Of a DNA stretch of 57,499 nucleotides, positions 27,847-39,116 are shown in pieces. Origin of the DNA: Desulfurococcales archaeon (GTDB lineage: Archaea > Thermoproteota > Thermoprotei_A > Sulfolobales > NBVN01); NCBI GenBank assembly GCA_015521295.1, contig WAOL01000065.1:1-57499 (forward strand). Reading direction: 5' to 3'. The notes under the pieces are model-generated. The model saw nothing but the letters and a program-made list of their open reading frames with translations. It did not search any database and was not told where the DNA came from. Position 1 is the first letter of the stretch, and the number at the start of each line of letters is the position of its first letter. The translations under genes and the position numbers were made by a program.

Positions 27847-27905
27847 GGGCTATGATGTCTACGACGGGCGGACTGAACGTGATGAACCACTGTAGCGCTG
27901 AGCCC
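27847..27905 (+). ncRNA. C/D-box sRNA
   Basis: Terminal stem GGGC/GCCC. C ATGATGT 27852-27858, guide CTACGACGGGCGGA, D' CTGA 27873-27876, C' GTGATGA 27879-27885, 12-nt guide ACCACTGTAGCG, D CTGA 27898-27901. Confidence 0.7.
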
Positions 27906-28151
27906 TCATTTTTGCTTCAGAAGTAAACGATCACGTATATACTTCACAAGCTTGTACCATAGGAAGAGCCAGACAGCATTAATTAGCAGGTACGCAATGA
28001 CGCTAATGACTTGACGTAGGACAGGCGTGCCAGTATCAAGTATGCGTAAACTCATAATCAGAAAGGGTTGCACGGCAATCCAGACGATCCCGTAAAGCAC
28101 TAGCATCAAGGGTATCTCAATTGCCCGCAGTATCCGCGCGATGCTCACCAT
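27906..28151 (-). CDS. Small membrane protein (2-3 TM)
   Basis: 81-aa hydrophobic ORF with an ATG start. Confidence 0.5.
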   Translation of the reverse strand: MVSIARILRAIEIPLMLVLYGIVWIAVQPFLIMSLRILDTGTPVLRQVISVIAYLLINAVWLFLWYKLVKYIRDRLLLKQK

Positions 28152-28213
28152 ACCTAAGCCCTAAATAAGGTTATAGTAAACCTAATTTAAGTGGAGGACT
28201 TAATAATAGAGCC

Positions 28214-28276
28214 TCACGTGATGAGTACCTCCGGTACTGACCTACGTGGTTGATGAGAAGGCATTTGCCTGATAAT
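28214..28276 (+). ncRNA. C/D-box sRNA
   Basis: C GTGATGA 28218-28224, 12-nt guide GTACCTCCGGTA, D' CTGA 28237-28240, C' TTGATGA 28250-28256, 12-nt guide GAAGGCATTTGC, D CTGA 28269-28272. TATA-like TAATTTAAG at 28183-28191. Confidence 0.65.
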
Positions 28277-28455
28277 CATCCTGACCATTAAAACAAACTA
28301 AGGTCGAGACCAGGAGAAGTCACCGCGTGGGTTTGTCATCATTATTCAGCGCTTATAGACCTAGATCATCCCTCACTAATGCGGTTCCTTACAAAGTAAA
28401 AATCATTCCCTTCCGAGATTCCATATAGGTGGGTGAGTGGTAATAGTAATGTTTG

Positions 28456-28570
<115 letters not shown>

Positions 28571-28690
28571 CCAACATCTTTATTATATCGCAAACTTAAA
28601 CTTATCGAGTGAGGCGTTGATTCACGCGTTAAAGCTTATAATTAGAGTTCTAGATTTCCTAGTTAGCTGGGAGTAGCGGGTTGATAATTC

Positions 28691-28939
28691 ATGTCCGGAA
28701 AGAAGAAAATCAGAATCACGGATCACGAGCTCGTCCCGAAGCACGAGGTAGTGCCGAAAGAGGAAGTTATTAAGATATTAAAGGAATTGGGTGTAACGCC
28801 TCAGCAGCTCCCCCTACTGAGAGCATCAGACCCTGTCGCCAGGGAAATTGGGGCTAAGCCAGGCGATGTTGTTAGGATAATAAGGAAATCACCAACTGCG
28901 GGCAAGATAGTTATTTACAGGTTCGTGATTGCGGGGTGA
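28691..28939 (+). CDS. rpoH: RNA polymerase subunit Rpo5 (H)
   Basis: [10 protein letters not shown]...LP.L...[20 protein letters not shown] pattern, at the head of the rpo operon. Confidence 0.9.
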   Translation: MSGKKKIRITDHELVPKHEVVPKEEVIKILKELGVTPQQLPLLRASDPVAREIGAKPGDVVRIIRKSPTAGKIVIYRFVIAG

Positions 28940-28946
28940 TGGAAGA

Positions 28947-31900
28947 ATGGCACAGGAAGTAAGTAGAAAGAATGATGATAGCGTGCTGACACCCGAGGAC
29001 CGTTGGGTGCTAATGCAAGCTTTCCTGCAGGAGAAGGGGCTGGTTAGGCAGCACCTTGACTCCTTCAATGCCTTCGTAACCTCATGGATTAAACGCATAG
29101 TTAAGGAATTCGGTCGAATAGAGACTAATCAAGCGGGCGTATACATAGAGATTCAAGACATAAAGATTGGTGAACCGCAGTTCCGTGAAGTCGAAGGGAA
29201 CATTGAACGCCTAACACCCATGATTGCTAGGATAAGAAACCTAACATATGCATCCCCCATGTGGTTAACGGTGGTGCTCTACGAAAACGGGATCGAGGTA
29301 GCTAGGCAGGAAATACCGCTTGGTAACCTACCCGTCATGGTTAGGTCAGTCCTTGACCCCACCTCAAGGATGAGCAAGGAGGAGCTAATACGTATAGGGG
29401 AGGACTGGAGAGATCCTGGAGGTTACTTCATAGTTAATGGTTCCGAGAAAGTGATAGTCACTCAGGAAGACCTAGCTCACAACAGAGTATTCGTGGATAT
29501 TTCTAAAGAGGGCTCGAACATCACGCACTCAGCTAAAGTAATCTCAGCATCGGCAGGGTACAGGGTACCAATAATCCTCGACAGGCATAAAGACGGTGTA
29601 TTAATGATTAACTTCCCGCCGATACCCACTAAGGTGCCGTTCGTTGTCATGATGCGTGCGCTGGGGTTAGAGAAAGACAGGGATATAGCCCTAGCGGTCT
29701 CGACCGACCCTGAGATACAGAACGAGCTAATACCCTCACTATATCACGCTAGGGAGATAAGAACCCAGGAGGATGCGTTAGACTTCATCGGTTCTAGGGT
29801 GGCGTTAGGTCAAGCGAGGGAAGCAAGGATTGAGAGGGCATTACAGATACTGGACAATTACTTCCTGCCACACCTAGGTACGACGCCTGAGGCTAGGCTA
29901 GCTAAGGCCCTTTACCTAGGGCAGATGGCGTGTAAGCTCCTGGAACTCGCGCTAGGGCGTAGGGAACCTGATGATAAGGATCACTATGCTAACAGGAGGC
30001 TTAGGTTGGCAGGCGATCTAATGGCACAGCTCTTCAGGGTCGCGCTCAAGCAGTTCATAAAGGACTTCAGATACCAAATCGAGAAGCACAGGCTCAAGGG
30101 AAGGAGACTCAACTTAAGAGCCCTAGCAAGACCCGACCTAGTTACAGACAGGATAAAGCACGCGCTAGCCACAGGTAACTGGGTAGGCGGAAGAACAGGC
30201 GTGAGCCAGATAATCGACAGGATGAACTGGGTCTCAATGCACAGTCACCTAAGGCGTACCGTAGCTCCCTTAAGCAGGGGACAACCTCACTTCGAGGCAC
30301 GTGACCTCCACCCAACGCAGTGGGGCAGGATATGCCCATTCGAGACCCCTGAAGGTCCTAACTGTGGCTTAGTCAAGAATTTAGCTCTAAGCGCGTACAT
30401 CTCGGTAGGCACCGACGAAAGAGCAGTCTTCGCCGTCCTGAAGGAGTTAGGCGTAGTCCCGGCAGTTGAGGTATATGAGCGACTAAGGAACGGCGACGTC
30501 AACCTCCTAACGAACCTATCACGCTACGCTAAGGTCTTCCTCAACGGAACCCTAGTTGGGTACTATCTGAAGGAGGACGCGTCGGACCTTGTCAAGAAAG
30601 TGCGTGAGTTAAGGAGGTCAGGAAGGCTACATCACGAGGTCAACATATCGTACCTCAAGACCGAGTACCTGAATGAGGTTTACGTCAACTGTGATCCCGG
30701 CCGTGTTAGGAGGCCGTTATTAATAGTAGAGAACGGTAAGCCAAAGATAACCAAGGAGATCATAGAGAAGCTTAAGAGTGGTGAGTTAAGGTTCTCCGAC
30801 CTAGTAAGGCTAGGTGTAGTGGAATACCTTGACGCAGAGGAGGAAGAGGACACATACATAGCGATAGACCCGAAGGATCTAACCCCGGAGCACACGCACC
30901 TAGAAATATGGCCGCCATCCATAGTCGGGATAGCGGCCGCAACAATACCTTACGCTGAGCATAACCAGTCACCCAGAAACGCGTATCAGTCAGCCATGGC
31001 TAAGCAGGCAGTAGGTCTCTACGCAGCCAACTTCCACTTGAGGTTTGACAGCCGTGGCCACTTCCTACACTACCCGCAGAGACCACTAGTCCAGACGAAG
31101 TTTCTGGACGTCACCGGATACAATGACAGGCCATCAGGGCAGAACTTCGTCGTCGCAGTACTTTCATTCACTGGCTACAACATGGAGGACGCCCTAATAA
31201 TGAATAAGTCATCCGTCGAGCGTGGCTTAGCCCGCTCAACATTCTTCCGTGAGTACAGCACAGAGGAATTAAGGTACGCTGGAGGGCAGAGGGACAGAAT
31301 AGAGATACCTGACCCCAGCGTCAGGGGATACAAGGGTAGGGACAACTACCTCCTCCTCGATAGTGACGGCATAATAAGCCCAGAGATTGAGGTGAACGCA
31401 GGTAACGTCCTAGTAGGTAAGACATCCCCACCTAGGTTCCTCGAGGAATACAAGGAGTTCGGCTTAACCGGCGTCTCGAGAAGAGACACATCAGTAACGC
31501 TAAGACACGGTGACAAGGGTGTAGTAGACAGCGTCGTCATAACCGTCAGCGGCGAGGGTAACAGATTAGTGAGAATAAAGGTAAGGGACCTAAGGATACC
31601 TGAGATAGGAGATAAGTTCGCATCAAGGCACGGACAGAAGGGTGTCATAGGTCTCCTAGTGCCTCAGTACGACATGCCCTACACACCAGACGGAATAACG
31701 CCCGACCTCATAATCAACCCGCACGCACTACCCTCACGAATGACTGTAGGACAGCTCATAGAAACCATAGCTGGTAAGGTCGCGGCCCTAGCTGGAAGAA
31801 GCGTTGACGGCACACCCTTCTACGGCGAGAAGGTCGAGGACCTGCAGAGGGAACTATTACTCCTTGGGTACCCAGCAGATGGTACTGAGCCAATGTACGA

Positions 31901-32354
31901 TGGCAGGACAGGCGAACTCATAATGACCCCGGTCTTCATAGGCATAGTATACTACCAGAGACTACACCACATGGTGACGGACAAGATACATGCTAGGGCA
32001 AGAGGCCCAGTACAGCTACTTACCAGGCAGCCAACTGAGGGCAGGGCAAGGGAAGGTGGTCTAAGGTTTGGTGAGATGGAGAGGGACTGTATCATTGGCC
32101 ACGGAGCCCCGATACTCCTCAGGGAGAGGCTTCTCGAGAACTCCGACAAGACCGTGATATACGTGTGCGAGGAGTGCGGCATGATAGGGTGGTACGACAG
32201 GCGCCGCGGTAAGTTAGTGTGCCCAATACACGGCGATAAAGGCAAGCTATACCCCGTAACAGTTTCGTATGCCTTCAAACTCCTCATACAGGAGATGATG
32301 AGCATGCTAATCTATCCCAAGCTAATACTTAAGGACAGGTTCGGAGGTGAGTAA
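28947..32354 (+). CDS. rpoB: RNA polymerase subunit B (unsplit)
   Basis: About 1135 aa with conserved blocks ([22 protein letters not shown]-terminal Zn motif CxxC..C). ATG 28947 is preferred over the TTG at 28929. Confidence 0.97.
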   Translation: MAQEVSRKNDDSVLTPEDRWVLMQAFLQEKGLVRQHLDSFNAFVTSWIKRIVKEFGRIETNQAGVYIEIQDIKIGEPQFREVEGNIERLTPMIARIRNLTYASPMWLTVVLYENGIEVARQEIPLGNLPVMVRSVLDPTSRMSKEELIRIGEDWRDPGGYFIVNGSEKVIVTQEDLAHNRVFVDISKEGSNITHSAKVISASAGYRVPIILDRHKDGVLMINFPPIPTKVPFVVMMRALGLEKDRDIALAVSTDPEIQNELIPSLYHAREIRTQEDALDFIGSRVALGQAREARIERALQILDNYFLPHLGTTPEARLAKALYLGQMACKLLELALGRREPDDKDHYANRRLRLAGDLMAQLFRVALKQFIKDFRYQIEKHRLKGRRLNLRALARPDLVTDRIKHALATGNWVGGRTGVSQIIDRMNWVSMHSHLRRTVAPLSRGQPHFEARDLHPTQWGRICPFETPEGPNCGLVKNLALSAYISVGTDERAVFAVLKELGVVPAVEVYERLRNGDVNLLTNLSRYAKVFLNGTLVGYYLKEDASDLVKKVRELRRSGRLHHEVNISYLKTEYLNEVYVNCDPGRVRRPLLIVENGKPKITKEIIEKLKSGELRFSDLVRLGVVEYLDAEEEEDTYIAIDPKDLTPEHTHLEIWPPSIVGIAAATIPYAEHNQSPRNAYQSAMAKQAVGLYAANFHLRFDSRGHFLHYPQRPLVQTKFLDVTGYNDRPSGQNFVVAVLSFTGYNMEDALIMNKSSVERGLARSTFFREYSTEELRYAGGQRDRIEIPDPSVRGYKGRDNYLLLDSDGIISPEIEVNAGNVLVGKTSPPRFLEEYKEFGLTGVSRRDTSVTLRHGDKGVVDSVVITVSGEGNRLVRIKVRDLRIPEIGDKFASRHGQKGVIGLLVPQYDMPYTPDGITPDLIINPHALPSRMTVGQLIETIAGKVAALAGRSVDGTPFYGEKVEDLQRELLLLGYPADGTEPMYDGRTGELIMTPVFIGIVYYQRLHHMVTDKIHARARGPVQLLTRQPTEGRAREGGLRFGEMERDCIIGHGAPILLRERLLENSDKTVIYVCEECGMIGWYDRRRGKLVCPIHGDKGKLYPVTVSYAFKLLIQEMMSMLIYPKLILKDRFGGE

Positions 32355-32359
32355 CGGTA

Positions 32360-34999
32360 ATGAAGGAAGAGAAGGTCATAGGGGCCATTAAGTTCGGGAT
32401 ACTATCCCCAGACCTCATAAGGAAGATGTCAGCAACAGCCATAGTTACTTCAGAGGTTTACGATGAGAACGGACTGCCCGTAGAAGGAGGCGTCATGGAT
32501 CCGAGGTTAGGTGTCATAGAGCCAGGACAGAGGTGTGCCACCTGTGGCAACACCCTAGCAAGGTGTCCAGGTCATTTCGGCCACCTTGAGCTCGCGAGAC
32601 CGGTAATCCACATAGGGTTCGTCAAGCACATATACGACCTCTTGAGAGCCACGTGCAGGAAGTGTGGGCACTTAAAGATACCTAAGGACGAGATAGACAA
32701 GTACTTGAACCTGTACGAAAGGCTAAAGGACAAGTGGCCGCAACTAGCCCGCAGCCTCTCAGAGTTCGTCAAGCGCAAAGCAATAAAGAATATGGAGTGC
32801 CCTCACTGCCACGCCAAGCAATACAAGATCAGGTTGGAGAAGCCCACAACATTCATTGAGGAGGGACCGCTAGGCAGGCTCTGGCCAAATAAGATCTTCA
32901 ACTGGCTTGACCAAATCCCCAGCGACCACCTACGCCTCCTCGGATACGACCCCAACTTCTCCCACCCGAAGTGGATGGTCATTCGCGTCCTTCCTGTCCC
33001 ACCGATCTGTGTGAGACCTTCAATACTTCTCGAGACCGGCATCAGGTCCGAGGACGACCTCACTCACAAGCTAGTGGATATTGTCAGAACTAACGAGAAG
33101 CTAAGGGAAAGCATAGCGTCTGGCGCGCCTGAAGTCATAGTCGAGGACCTCTGGGAACTCCTCCAGTACCACATAACTACGTACATAGACAACGAAGTGC
33201 CTGGTGTGCCGCCTGCAAGAAGGCGCTCCGGAATGCCGCTAAGAACCTTGGCGCAGAGGCTGAAGGGTAAGGAAGGCAGGTTCAGAGGGAACCTATCAGG
33301 CAAGAGAGTAGATTTCTCCGCCAGAACAGTGATTAGCCCGGACCCATACATAAGTATAAACGAGGTAGGTGTCCCCATAGAGATCGCTAAGACTGTGACG
33401 GTTCCTGTCAGAGTGACGCCATGGAACATTGACGAGATAAGGAAGTACGTCCTCAACGGCCCCAACAAGTATCCCGGCGCAAACTACGTTATAGACCCTA
33501 CAGGGAGGAGAATAGACTTAAGGTTTATCAGGGATCTGAAGGCAGTTGCCGAAAGCCTCAAGCCCGGCTACGTGGTTGAGAGACACTTAATTGACGGCGA
33601 CATAGTGTTGTTCAACAGGCAACCATCACTTCACAGGATGTCCATAATGGGTCACATAGTTAGGGTCCTGCCAGGCAGGACCTTCAGGCTCCACCTAGCT
33701 GTGTGCCCGCCATACAACGCGGATTTCGACGGAGACGAGATGAACCTCCACGTACCTCAGAACATCGAGGCTAGGGCGGAGGCTAAGACGTTACTTCTGG
33801 TGCAAGAGCACATCCTGAGCCCCAGGTACGGAGGCCCAATAATAGGGGGTATCCAGGACTACATCAGTGGCGCTTACCTACTCTCATCCAAGGTGACGTT
33901 GCTAACGCAGGATCAGGTCTCGGACCTGCTGGCAAGCATTAACTACGACGGTGAGATTCCAGAACCTGCCGTACTCTCCCCGAAGCGGGTGTGGACCGGT
34001 AAGCAAATAATAAGCCTGCTCCTACCGGAGAACTTTAACTTCTCAAAGGAAGCTAAGATCTCAAGCGGTGTCCTCAAGTGCACGGATGAGGAGTGCTTCT
34101 GGGACTCATACTTAGTTGTCAAGAAGGGCAAGTTACTCCTAGGAGTTCTCGATAAGGCAGCAATAGGTGCGCAGCAACCTGAATCAATGCTTCACTTCCT
34201 CGTTAGGGAATACGGGAACACGTTCGGCAAGGAGTTCATGGACAGGGCGTTCAAGCTATTTCTAAGATTCATTGAGATGCGGGGCTTCACGATGGCGCTC
34301 ACCGACATAATGATACCTGAGCAGGCTTACGAGGAGATCAAGGAGGTCGTTGAGGAGGCTAAGAAGGAGATCGAGGAACTAATAAAGATGTATAGGGAAG
34401 GGAAGCTTGAATCTATGCCTGGAAGGACGCTTGAGGAAACACTGGAGATCAAGATTCTCGATGTCCTCTCGAAAGCAAGAGACAAGGCAGGTGAAAGGGC
34501 TGTTAAGTACCTAGATCCATTCAACAATGTCTTCATAATGGCTAAGACTGGTGCTAGGGGAAGCGCATTAAACATAACGCAGATGACCGCCATGCTAGGC
34601 CAGCAGTCAGTACGTGGTCAGAGAATCTCCAGAGGCTACAGAGGGAGGACGTTACCACACTTCAAGCGCGGTGATATAGGTCCGGAGGCAAGGGGCTTCG
34701 TAGCGAGCTCATTCGTCAAAGGACTAAGCCCCATAGAGATGTTCTTCCACGCCGCCGGAGGTAGGGAAGGTCTGGTGGACACTGCTGTCAGAACATCGCA
34801 GAGCGGCTACATGCAGCGCCGACTCATAAATTCACTCATAGACCTAGTCGTCGAGTACGACGGAACCGTAAGGAGCGCGTACGGTGAGCTAGTACAGTTC
34901 AAGTACGGTGAGGACGGTGTTGACCCGAAGAACACATCCTTCGGCAAGGCAGTCAACGTAGAGAGAATCATTGAGAAGCATGTGGGGTGGAAGAAATGA
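32360..34999 (+). CDS. rpoA1: RNA polymerase subunit A'
   Basis: Zn motifs CATCGN..CPGHFGH; catalytic [10 protein letters not shown]. Confidence 0.97.
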   Translation: MKEEKVIGAIKFGILSPDLIRKMSATAIVTSEVYDENGLPVEGGVMDPRLGVIEPGQRCATCGNTLARCPGHFGHLELARPVIHIGFVKHIYDLLRATCRKCGHLKIPKDEIDKYLNLYERLKDKWPQLARSLSEFVKRKAIKNMECPHCHAKQYKIRLEKPTTFIEEGPLGRLWPNKIFNWLDQIPSDHLRLLGYDPNFSHPKWMVIRVLPVPPICVRPSILLETGIRSEDDLTHKLVDIVRTNEKLRESIASGAPEVIVEDLWELLQYHITTYIDNEVPGVPPARRRSGMPLRTLAQRLKGKEGRFRGNLSGKRVDFSARTVISPDPYISINEVGVPIEIAKTVTVPVRVTPWNIDEIRKYVLNGPNKYPGANYVIDPTGRRIDLRFIRDLKAVAESLKPGYVVERHLIDGDIVLFNRQPSLHRMSIMGHIVRVLPGRTFRLHLAVCPPYNADFDGDEMNLHVPQNIEARAEAKTLLLVQEHILSPRYGGPIIGGIQDYISGAYLLSSKVTLLTQDQVSDLLASINYDGEIPEPAVLSPKRVWTGKQIISLLLPENFNFSKEAKISSGVLKCTDEECFWDSYLVVKKGKLLLGVLDKAAIGAQQPESMLHFLVREYGNTFGKEFMDRAFKLFLRFIEMRGFTMALTDIMIPEQAYEEIKEVVEEAKKEIEELIKMYREGKLESMPGRTLEETLEIKILDVLSKARDKAGERAVKYLDPFNNVFIMAKTGARGSALNITQMTAMLGQQSVRGQRISRGYRGRTLPHFKRGDIGPEARGFVASSFVKGLSPIEMFFHAAGGREGLVDTAVRTSQSGYMQRRLINSLIDLVVEYDGTVRSAYGELVQFKYGEDGVDPKNTSFGKAVNVERIIEKHVGWKK

Positions 35000-36453
35000 C
35001 AGGTAAGAAGACAAGCAAGAGGAAAAAGAAGACCGAGACTGAAGCAAAGAGAGCTAAGACGGAGGAAATCCTAGAGGAGATAACGCGGCCAGATAAACTA
35101 GTCGAGCGCGTGATGAAGTTAACGAGGAGGAAAATACCAGAGGAACTCAGGGAAGAGATACGCAAGGCCCTCTTAAGGGAAGTCTTGGACTACGGTGTCG
35201 AAGACGAAGACGCGTTAAAGGAGAAGCTTAACGAATTCATTGATAAGGCCAAGAAGATCATCGCGATTTCAGAGGTAGCTAAGGAGGTGCTTCCGGAGGG
35301 TATTTACCTTGAGTTAGTAACGTCTTTATTCAGAGTTAATGCAAGGGTAAAGTTAAACGACGATGAATTAAGGATAATTCGCGACGATGTGATAAGGACA
35401 TACCTGAGAGCCATAGTTGATCCGGGAGAGCCTGTAGGGACTGTTGCTGCACAATCGATAGGTGAGCCCGGCACGCAGATGACTCTGAGAACCTTTCACT
35501 ACGCAGGTGTTAAGGAGTTAAACGTAACCTTAGGTCTCCCCAGGTTAATAGAGTTAGTTGACGCAAGGAAAACGCCTGAAACACCGATGATGGAGATACA
35601 CCTAGATGAGGAGCATAAGTATGACAGGGAGAAGGCAATAGAGGTTGCTAGAAGGATAGAGATGACCCGCATAGAGAATGTAGTGGACGTCGTCGACATA
35701 TCCATTGCTACCAAGCAACTGGTGATTAAGCTGGACCCTGTCATGCTTCAAGATAAGGGTCTTACGAGGGACGACATAATACGGGTGCTTTCCAAGAGCA
35801 AGTCCCTAGCAGGTAAGGTGAATCCGGATCCGGACGATCCGCATACCATAATAATTGACATGCCTACGAAGGACCCCATAAAAGCGCAGAAATTCAGGGA
35901 CAGGATACTTAGGATGAAGCTCAAGGGGATAAAAGACATTAAGAAGGTCATACCGCAAAAACGGAAAGACCCGGAAACGGGGAAGGAATACTACGTCCTA
36001 ATAACCGACGGAACTAACCTAGCGGCCGTAATGAAGGTAGAGGGTGTTGACCCAACCCGTACGAGGTCCAATAGCATTCACGAAATAGAAAACGTCCTCG
36101 GGATCGAGGCGGCTAGGGAAGCCCTCGTCAGGGAAATAAAGAACACGCTGGATGAGCAAGGTCTTGACGTGGACATACGCCACATAATGTTACTAGCGGA
36201 CATGATGACTAGGACAGGAGTTGTTAGGCAAATAGGTAGGCATGGAGTTGCTGGCGAGAAGCCCAGCGTCCTAGCCAGAGCTGCCTTCGAGGTCACTGTG
36301 AAGCACCTATTCGACGCCAGCGCACGCGGCGAGGTAGACTTAATTCGTGGCGTGACGGAGAACGTAATTATAGGTCAGCTAGCTCCCGTAGGAACTGCGA
36401 AAGTACAGCTTAAAATGGACCCAACTAAAATAAAACCCTTGAGTAAGAGGTAG
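34996..36453 (+). CDS. rpoA2: RNA polymerase subunit A'' with an N-terminal extension
   Basis: ATGA overlap with the rpoA1 stop. [30 protein letters not shown] begins about 140 aa from the N-terminus. A Lys/Arg-rich tail sits at the extreme N-terminus. Confidence 0.95.
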   Translation: MTGKKTSKRKKKTETEAKRAKTEEILEEITRPDKLVERVMKLTRRKIPEELREEIRKALLREVLDYGVEDEDALKEKLNEFIDKAKKIIAISEVAKEVLPEGIYLELVTSLFRVNARVKLNDDELRIIRDDVIRTYLRAIVDPGEPVGTVAAQSIGEPGTQMTLRTFHYAGVKELNVTLGLPRLIELVDARKTPETPMMEIHLDEEHKYDREKAIEVARRIEMTRIENVVDVVDISIATKQLVIKLDPVMLQDKGLTRDDIIRVLSKSKSLAGKVNPDPDDPHTIIIDMPTKDPIKAQKFRDRILRMKLKGIKDIKKVIPQKRKDPETGKEYYVLITDGTNLAAVMKVEGVDPTRTRSNSIHEIENVLGIEAAREALVREIKNTLDEQGLDVDIRHIMLLADMMTRTGVVRQIGRHGVAGEKPSVLARAAFEVTVKHLFDASARGEVDLIRGVTENVIIGQLAPVGTAKVQLKMDPTKIKPLSKR

Positions 36454-36469
36454 GGGGAGGTGAGGAAGA

Positions 36470-36778
36470 GTGCCTAGGGCGTCCTCGTTGGATAATGAAC
36501 TGAGGCGTCTCCTAAAGACCGGGAAGGTCGTGATAGGTGCTAAGAGGTCTTTGGACGCGATAAAGCTAGGTAAAGCTAAAGGAGTCGTTTTAGCTACGAA
36601 GCTACCGAAGTATATTGAAGACGACGTCCTCTACTATGCCAAGCTTAGCGGCATTAAAGTCATTAGGTTCCCAGGCAGTAGTTATGAATTGGGGACGGCG
36701 GTGGGTAAGCCGTTCCCAATAACAACCATAGCGATAATAGACCCAGGCGACTCAAACCTGCTGGAAGAGGGTGAGTGA
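36470..36778 (+). CDS. rpl30e: Ribosomal protein eL30
   Basis: LKTGKVVIGAKRSL...VVLA pattern in the conserved position after rpoA2. Confidence 0.85.
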   Translation: MPRASSLDNELRRLLKTGKVVIGAKRSLDAIKLGKAKGVVLATKLPKYIEDDVLYYAKLSGIKVIRFPGSSYELGTAVGKPFPITTIAIIDPGDSNLLEEGE

Positions 36779-37214
36779 AGGTTTGCCAGTAAAGTTAACG
36801 GCAGAGGAGTTAAGGTACATTGCGTTGCTGAGTGATATCACGGGAGTATCTGCTAAGGACTGTATAATCGACGATGGTACTGGGACCATAGTATTCGTTG
36901 TCCCACCAGGTCAGGCAGGCTTAGCTGTCGGTGCTAAGGGCAGGAACGTGAAGAGATTATCTAAAATCCTAGGGAGGAGAGTAGAGATAGTTGAGTGGGC
37001 AGATACGCTGGAGGACTTCGTCAAGAACATATTCCTGCCAGCTAGGGTTCTCGGCATAAGACTTAACAAGATGCCCGACGGGAGGAAGGTACTGTACGTT
37101 AGGGTAGCGCCTGAGGACAGGGGAATAGCAATAGGTAGGGGAGGAAGGAACGTCGCTAAAGCGAAGTTAATTCTGAAGAGGTACTACGACATAGACGTTG
37201 TTTCTGTCGCGTGA
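36771..37214 (+). CDS. nusA: Archaeal NusA-like KH-domain termination factor
   Basis: Two KH GxxG motifs (GAKGRNVKRL and GRGGRNVAKA). Confidence 0.85.
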   Translation: MSEGLPVKLTAEELRYIALLSDITGVSAKDCIIDDGTGTIVFVVPPGQAGLAVGAKGRNVKRLSKILGRRVEIVEWADTLEDFVKNIFLPARVLGIRLNKMPDGRKVLYVRVAPEDRGIAIGRGGRNVAKAKLILKRYYDIDVVSVA

Positions 37215-37278
37215 GTAATGCGAGTAAACGCTTATAAGGAAATGAAAGGTAACCCCTACTAGGCATGGAGGTGTCGGT

Positions 37279-37722
37279 ATGCCTGGCAAGAAATCACCCT
37301 ATGGCCTCTACGCGGCGAGGAAGTTAAGGCAGAAGAGACTGAAGTTTAGGTGGAGCCAGAAGGAGTTCAGGATAAGGATGCTTAGGCTTAAGGAGAAGCA
37401 CGACCCCCTCGGCGGTGCCCCAATGGCTAGGGGAATAGTGCTCGAGAAAGTAGGTGTCGAGGCTAGACAGCCTAACTCAGCTCTCAGGAAGTGTGTTAGG
37501 GTGCAGTTAGTGAAGAACGGGAAAGTGGTCACGGCATTCGTCCCTTATGACGGTGGTGTGACGTTCATTGACGAGCACGACGAAGTAATAATAGCGGGCA
37601 TAGGTGGTAGCCAAGGTAAGTCCCTCGGCGACCTACCCGGAGTCAGGTATAAGGTAATAATGGTCAACGGTGTCTCACTAGACGCCTTAATTAAAGGCAA
37701 GAAGCAGAAGCCAGTGCGCTAA
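37279..37722 (+). CDS. rps12: Ribosomal protein uS12
   Basis: [23 protein letters not shown]. Confidence 0.95.
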   Translation: MPGKKSPYGLYAARKLRQKRLKFRWSQKEFRIRMLRLKEKHDPLGGAPMARGIVLEKVGVEARQPNSALRKCVRVQLVKNGKVVTAFVPYDGGVTFIDEHDEVIIAGIGGSQGKSLGDLPGVRYKVIMVNGVSLDALIKGKKQKPVR

Positions 37723-37822
37723 TACTTAAGCATAGCAACCCACACTCTTAGCTCCCTCCAAACGATTTCCTAGCTTTAGCTTAAGTCAAGGCCACTTTAC
37801 AGAGATCCCTGCCGCACCTATG

Positions 37823-38347
37823 CTAGAATTCATCTTCAAACTCATCATAGAACTCGTCTTCTTCGCCAATGCTTTCAAGTTCCTGCGAAATCCTTACTAT
37901 TTCCTCCGTGACGTATATGGGTTTATTGAAGAGCATCGCGAGGAATATTGCGTGGCTAGGAATTAACGTGTACTTAACCTTGATTCCGTCAGCGTTTAGG
38001 TAAAGGCTGGCACTGTATGTTGCGTTCTTCTCGTTATACCCGTCTATCACCACCATTTCTATAGATTCTCCAAGGCCACGGAGTTTTGGTGCCATCATTA
38101 TCAGTAATTCGTAAATACTATCTCTAAAGTCTTGGGCAGCCTCAATTACCTCCTCCATCGCTTTGAGCCTAGCTATGGCTCTAGCCACTTCCAGCGGTAC
38201 GTAGTATAGGACAACACTGCCTCCACGCTCTAGGTAACACGTGAGTGCCCCGCTCATGAAATCGTCTGCCTCAGTAACGAAGGGTTCCACATCCGTTACC
38301 CTTACAAGGTTACCCCCTGCTTCATCAGCCCACATGACATCGCACAC
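37823..38347 (-). CDS. DUF151 / bifunctional-nuclease (BFN)-like domain protein with an acidic C-terminal tail
   Basis: The segments VVLYYVPLEVARAIARL, DSIYELL...ESIEMVVID...YSASLYL and IPSHAIFLAMLFNKPIYVTEEIV align by eye with the BFN pattern (LPI.IG..EA.AI / THDL / RPSDAIALA...PI.V). The tail reads EEDEFYDEFEDEF. Confidence 0.55.
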   Translation of the reverse strand: MCDVMWADEAGGNLVRVTDVEPFVTEADDFMSGALTCYLERGGSVVLYYVPLEVARAIARLKAMEEVIEAAQDFRDSIYELLIMMAPKLRGLGESIEMVVIDGYNEKNATYSASLYLNADGIKVKYTLIPSHAIFLAMLFNKPIYVTEEIVRISQELESIGEEDEFYDEFEDEF

Positions 38348-38443
38348 TCCGATTAGAATTCAATAGCCTCTCTCTGTGCTTCGTGTCACACTTAAAATCT
38401 TTTAAAGCTCTGCAGAGGAATTGCCTAGGGTTGAGTGGTAACC

Positions 38444-39037
38444 ATGAGTGCGGGTGAGTACGCTACAAGAACTATTGAGATAAAGCTCTTCGGTAAGTGG
38501 AATTTCGAGGGTGTGGTGGTTAGGGACCCGAGCCTCAAGAAGTACATATCGTTGAGGCCAGTGTACCTACCCCACACTGGCGGGAGGCATGAGCACAGGA
38601 GGTTCGGTAAGGCTGAGGTACCCATCGTTGAGCGCCTGATAAACAACCTCATGAGACATGGAAGGAACGCTGGTAAGAAGCACCTAGCCTACAACATAGT
38701 GAAGCGTGCCTTTGAAATAATCCACATTAAGACAGGGGAGAACCCGATACAGGTGCTGGTTAGGGCAATAGAGAACGCTGCCCCTAGGGAGGAAACCACA
38801 AGGATAATGTACGGCGGCATCATTTATCATGTCGCCGTGGACGTTGCTCCTTTAAGGCGTGTTGACCTAGCTCTCAGGCACCTCACTGAGGGGGCTAGGA
38901 ATGCGGCCTTCAGGTCTCCGAAGAGTATTGCCGAGTGCTTAGCTGATGAGATCATAAACGCTGCCAACAACGATCCGAGGAGCTATGCCGTCGCGAGAAA
39001 AGAGGAGATAGAGAGGATAGCCCTAAGCTCCAGGTAA
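38444..39037 (+). CDS. rps7: Ribosomal protein uS7
   Basis: [25 protein letters not shown] 38444 is preferred over the GTG at 38435. Confidence 0.95.
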   Translation: MSAGEYATRTIEIKLFGKWNFEGVVVRDPSLKKYISLRPVYLPHTGGRHEHRRFGKAEVPIVERLINNLMRHGRNAGKKHLAYNIVKRAFEIIHIKTGENPIQVLVRAIENAAPREETTRIMYGGIIYHVAVDVAPLRRVDLALRHLTEGARNAAFRSPKSIAECLADEIINAANNDPRSYAVARKEEIERIALSSR

Positions 39038-39116
39038 GGCGGTTTTCAACTCTCATTAAAAAACTTTTATAAGGTACTCGCCATAACTACTTGATGCCGT
39101 GTAGGGGTGATGCGTA

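Noticed and set aside
28277-28350. Minus-strand ATGATGA followed by 12 nt and GTGA
   Set aside because: There is no C' box and no terminal CTGA D box downstream on that strand.
29984-34593. Many minus-strand ORFs (62-134 aa) inside rpoB and rpoA1
   Set aside because: They are antisense artefacts within universally conserved RNAP genes, with no motifs.
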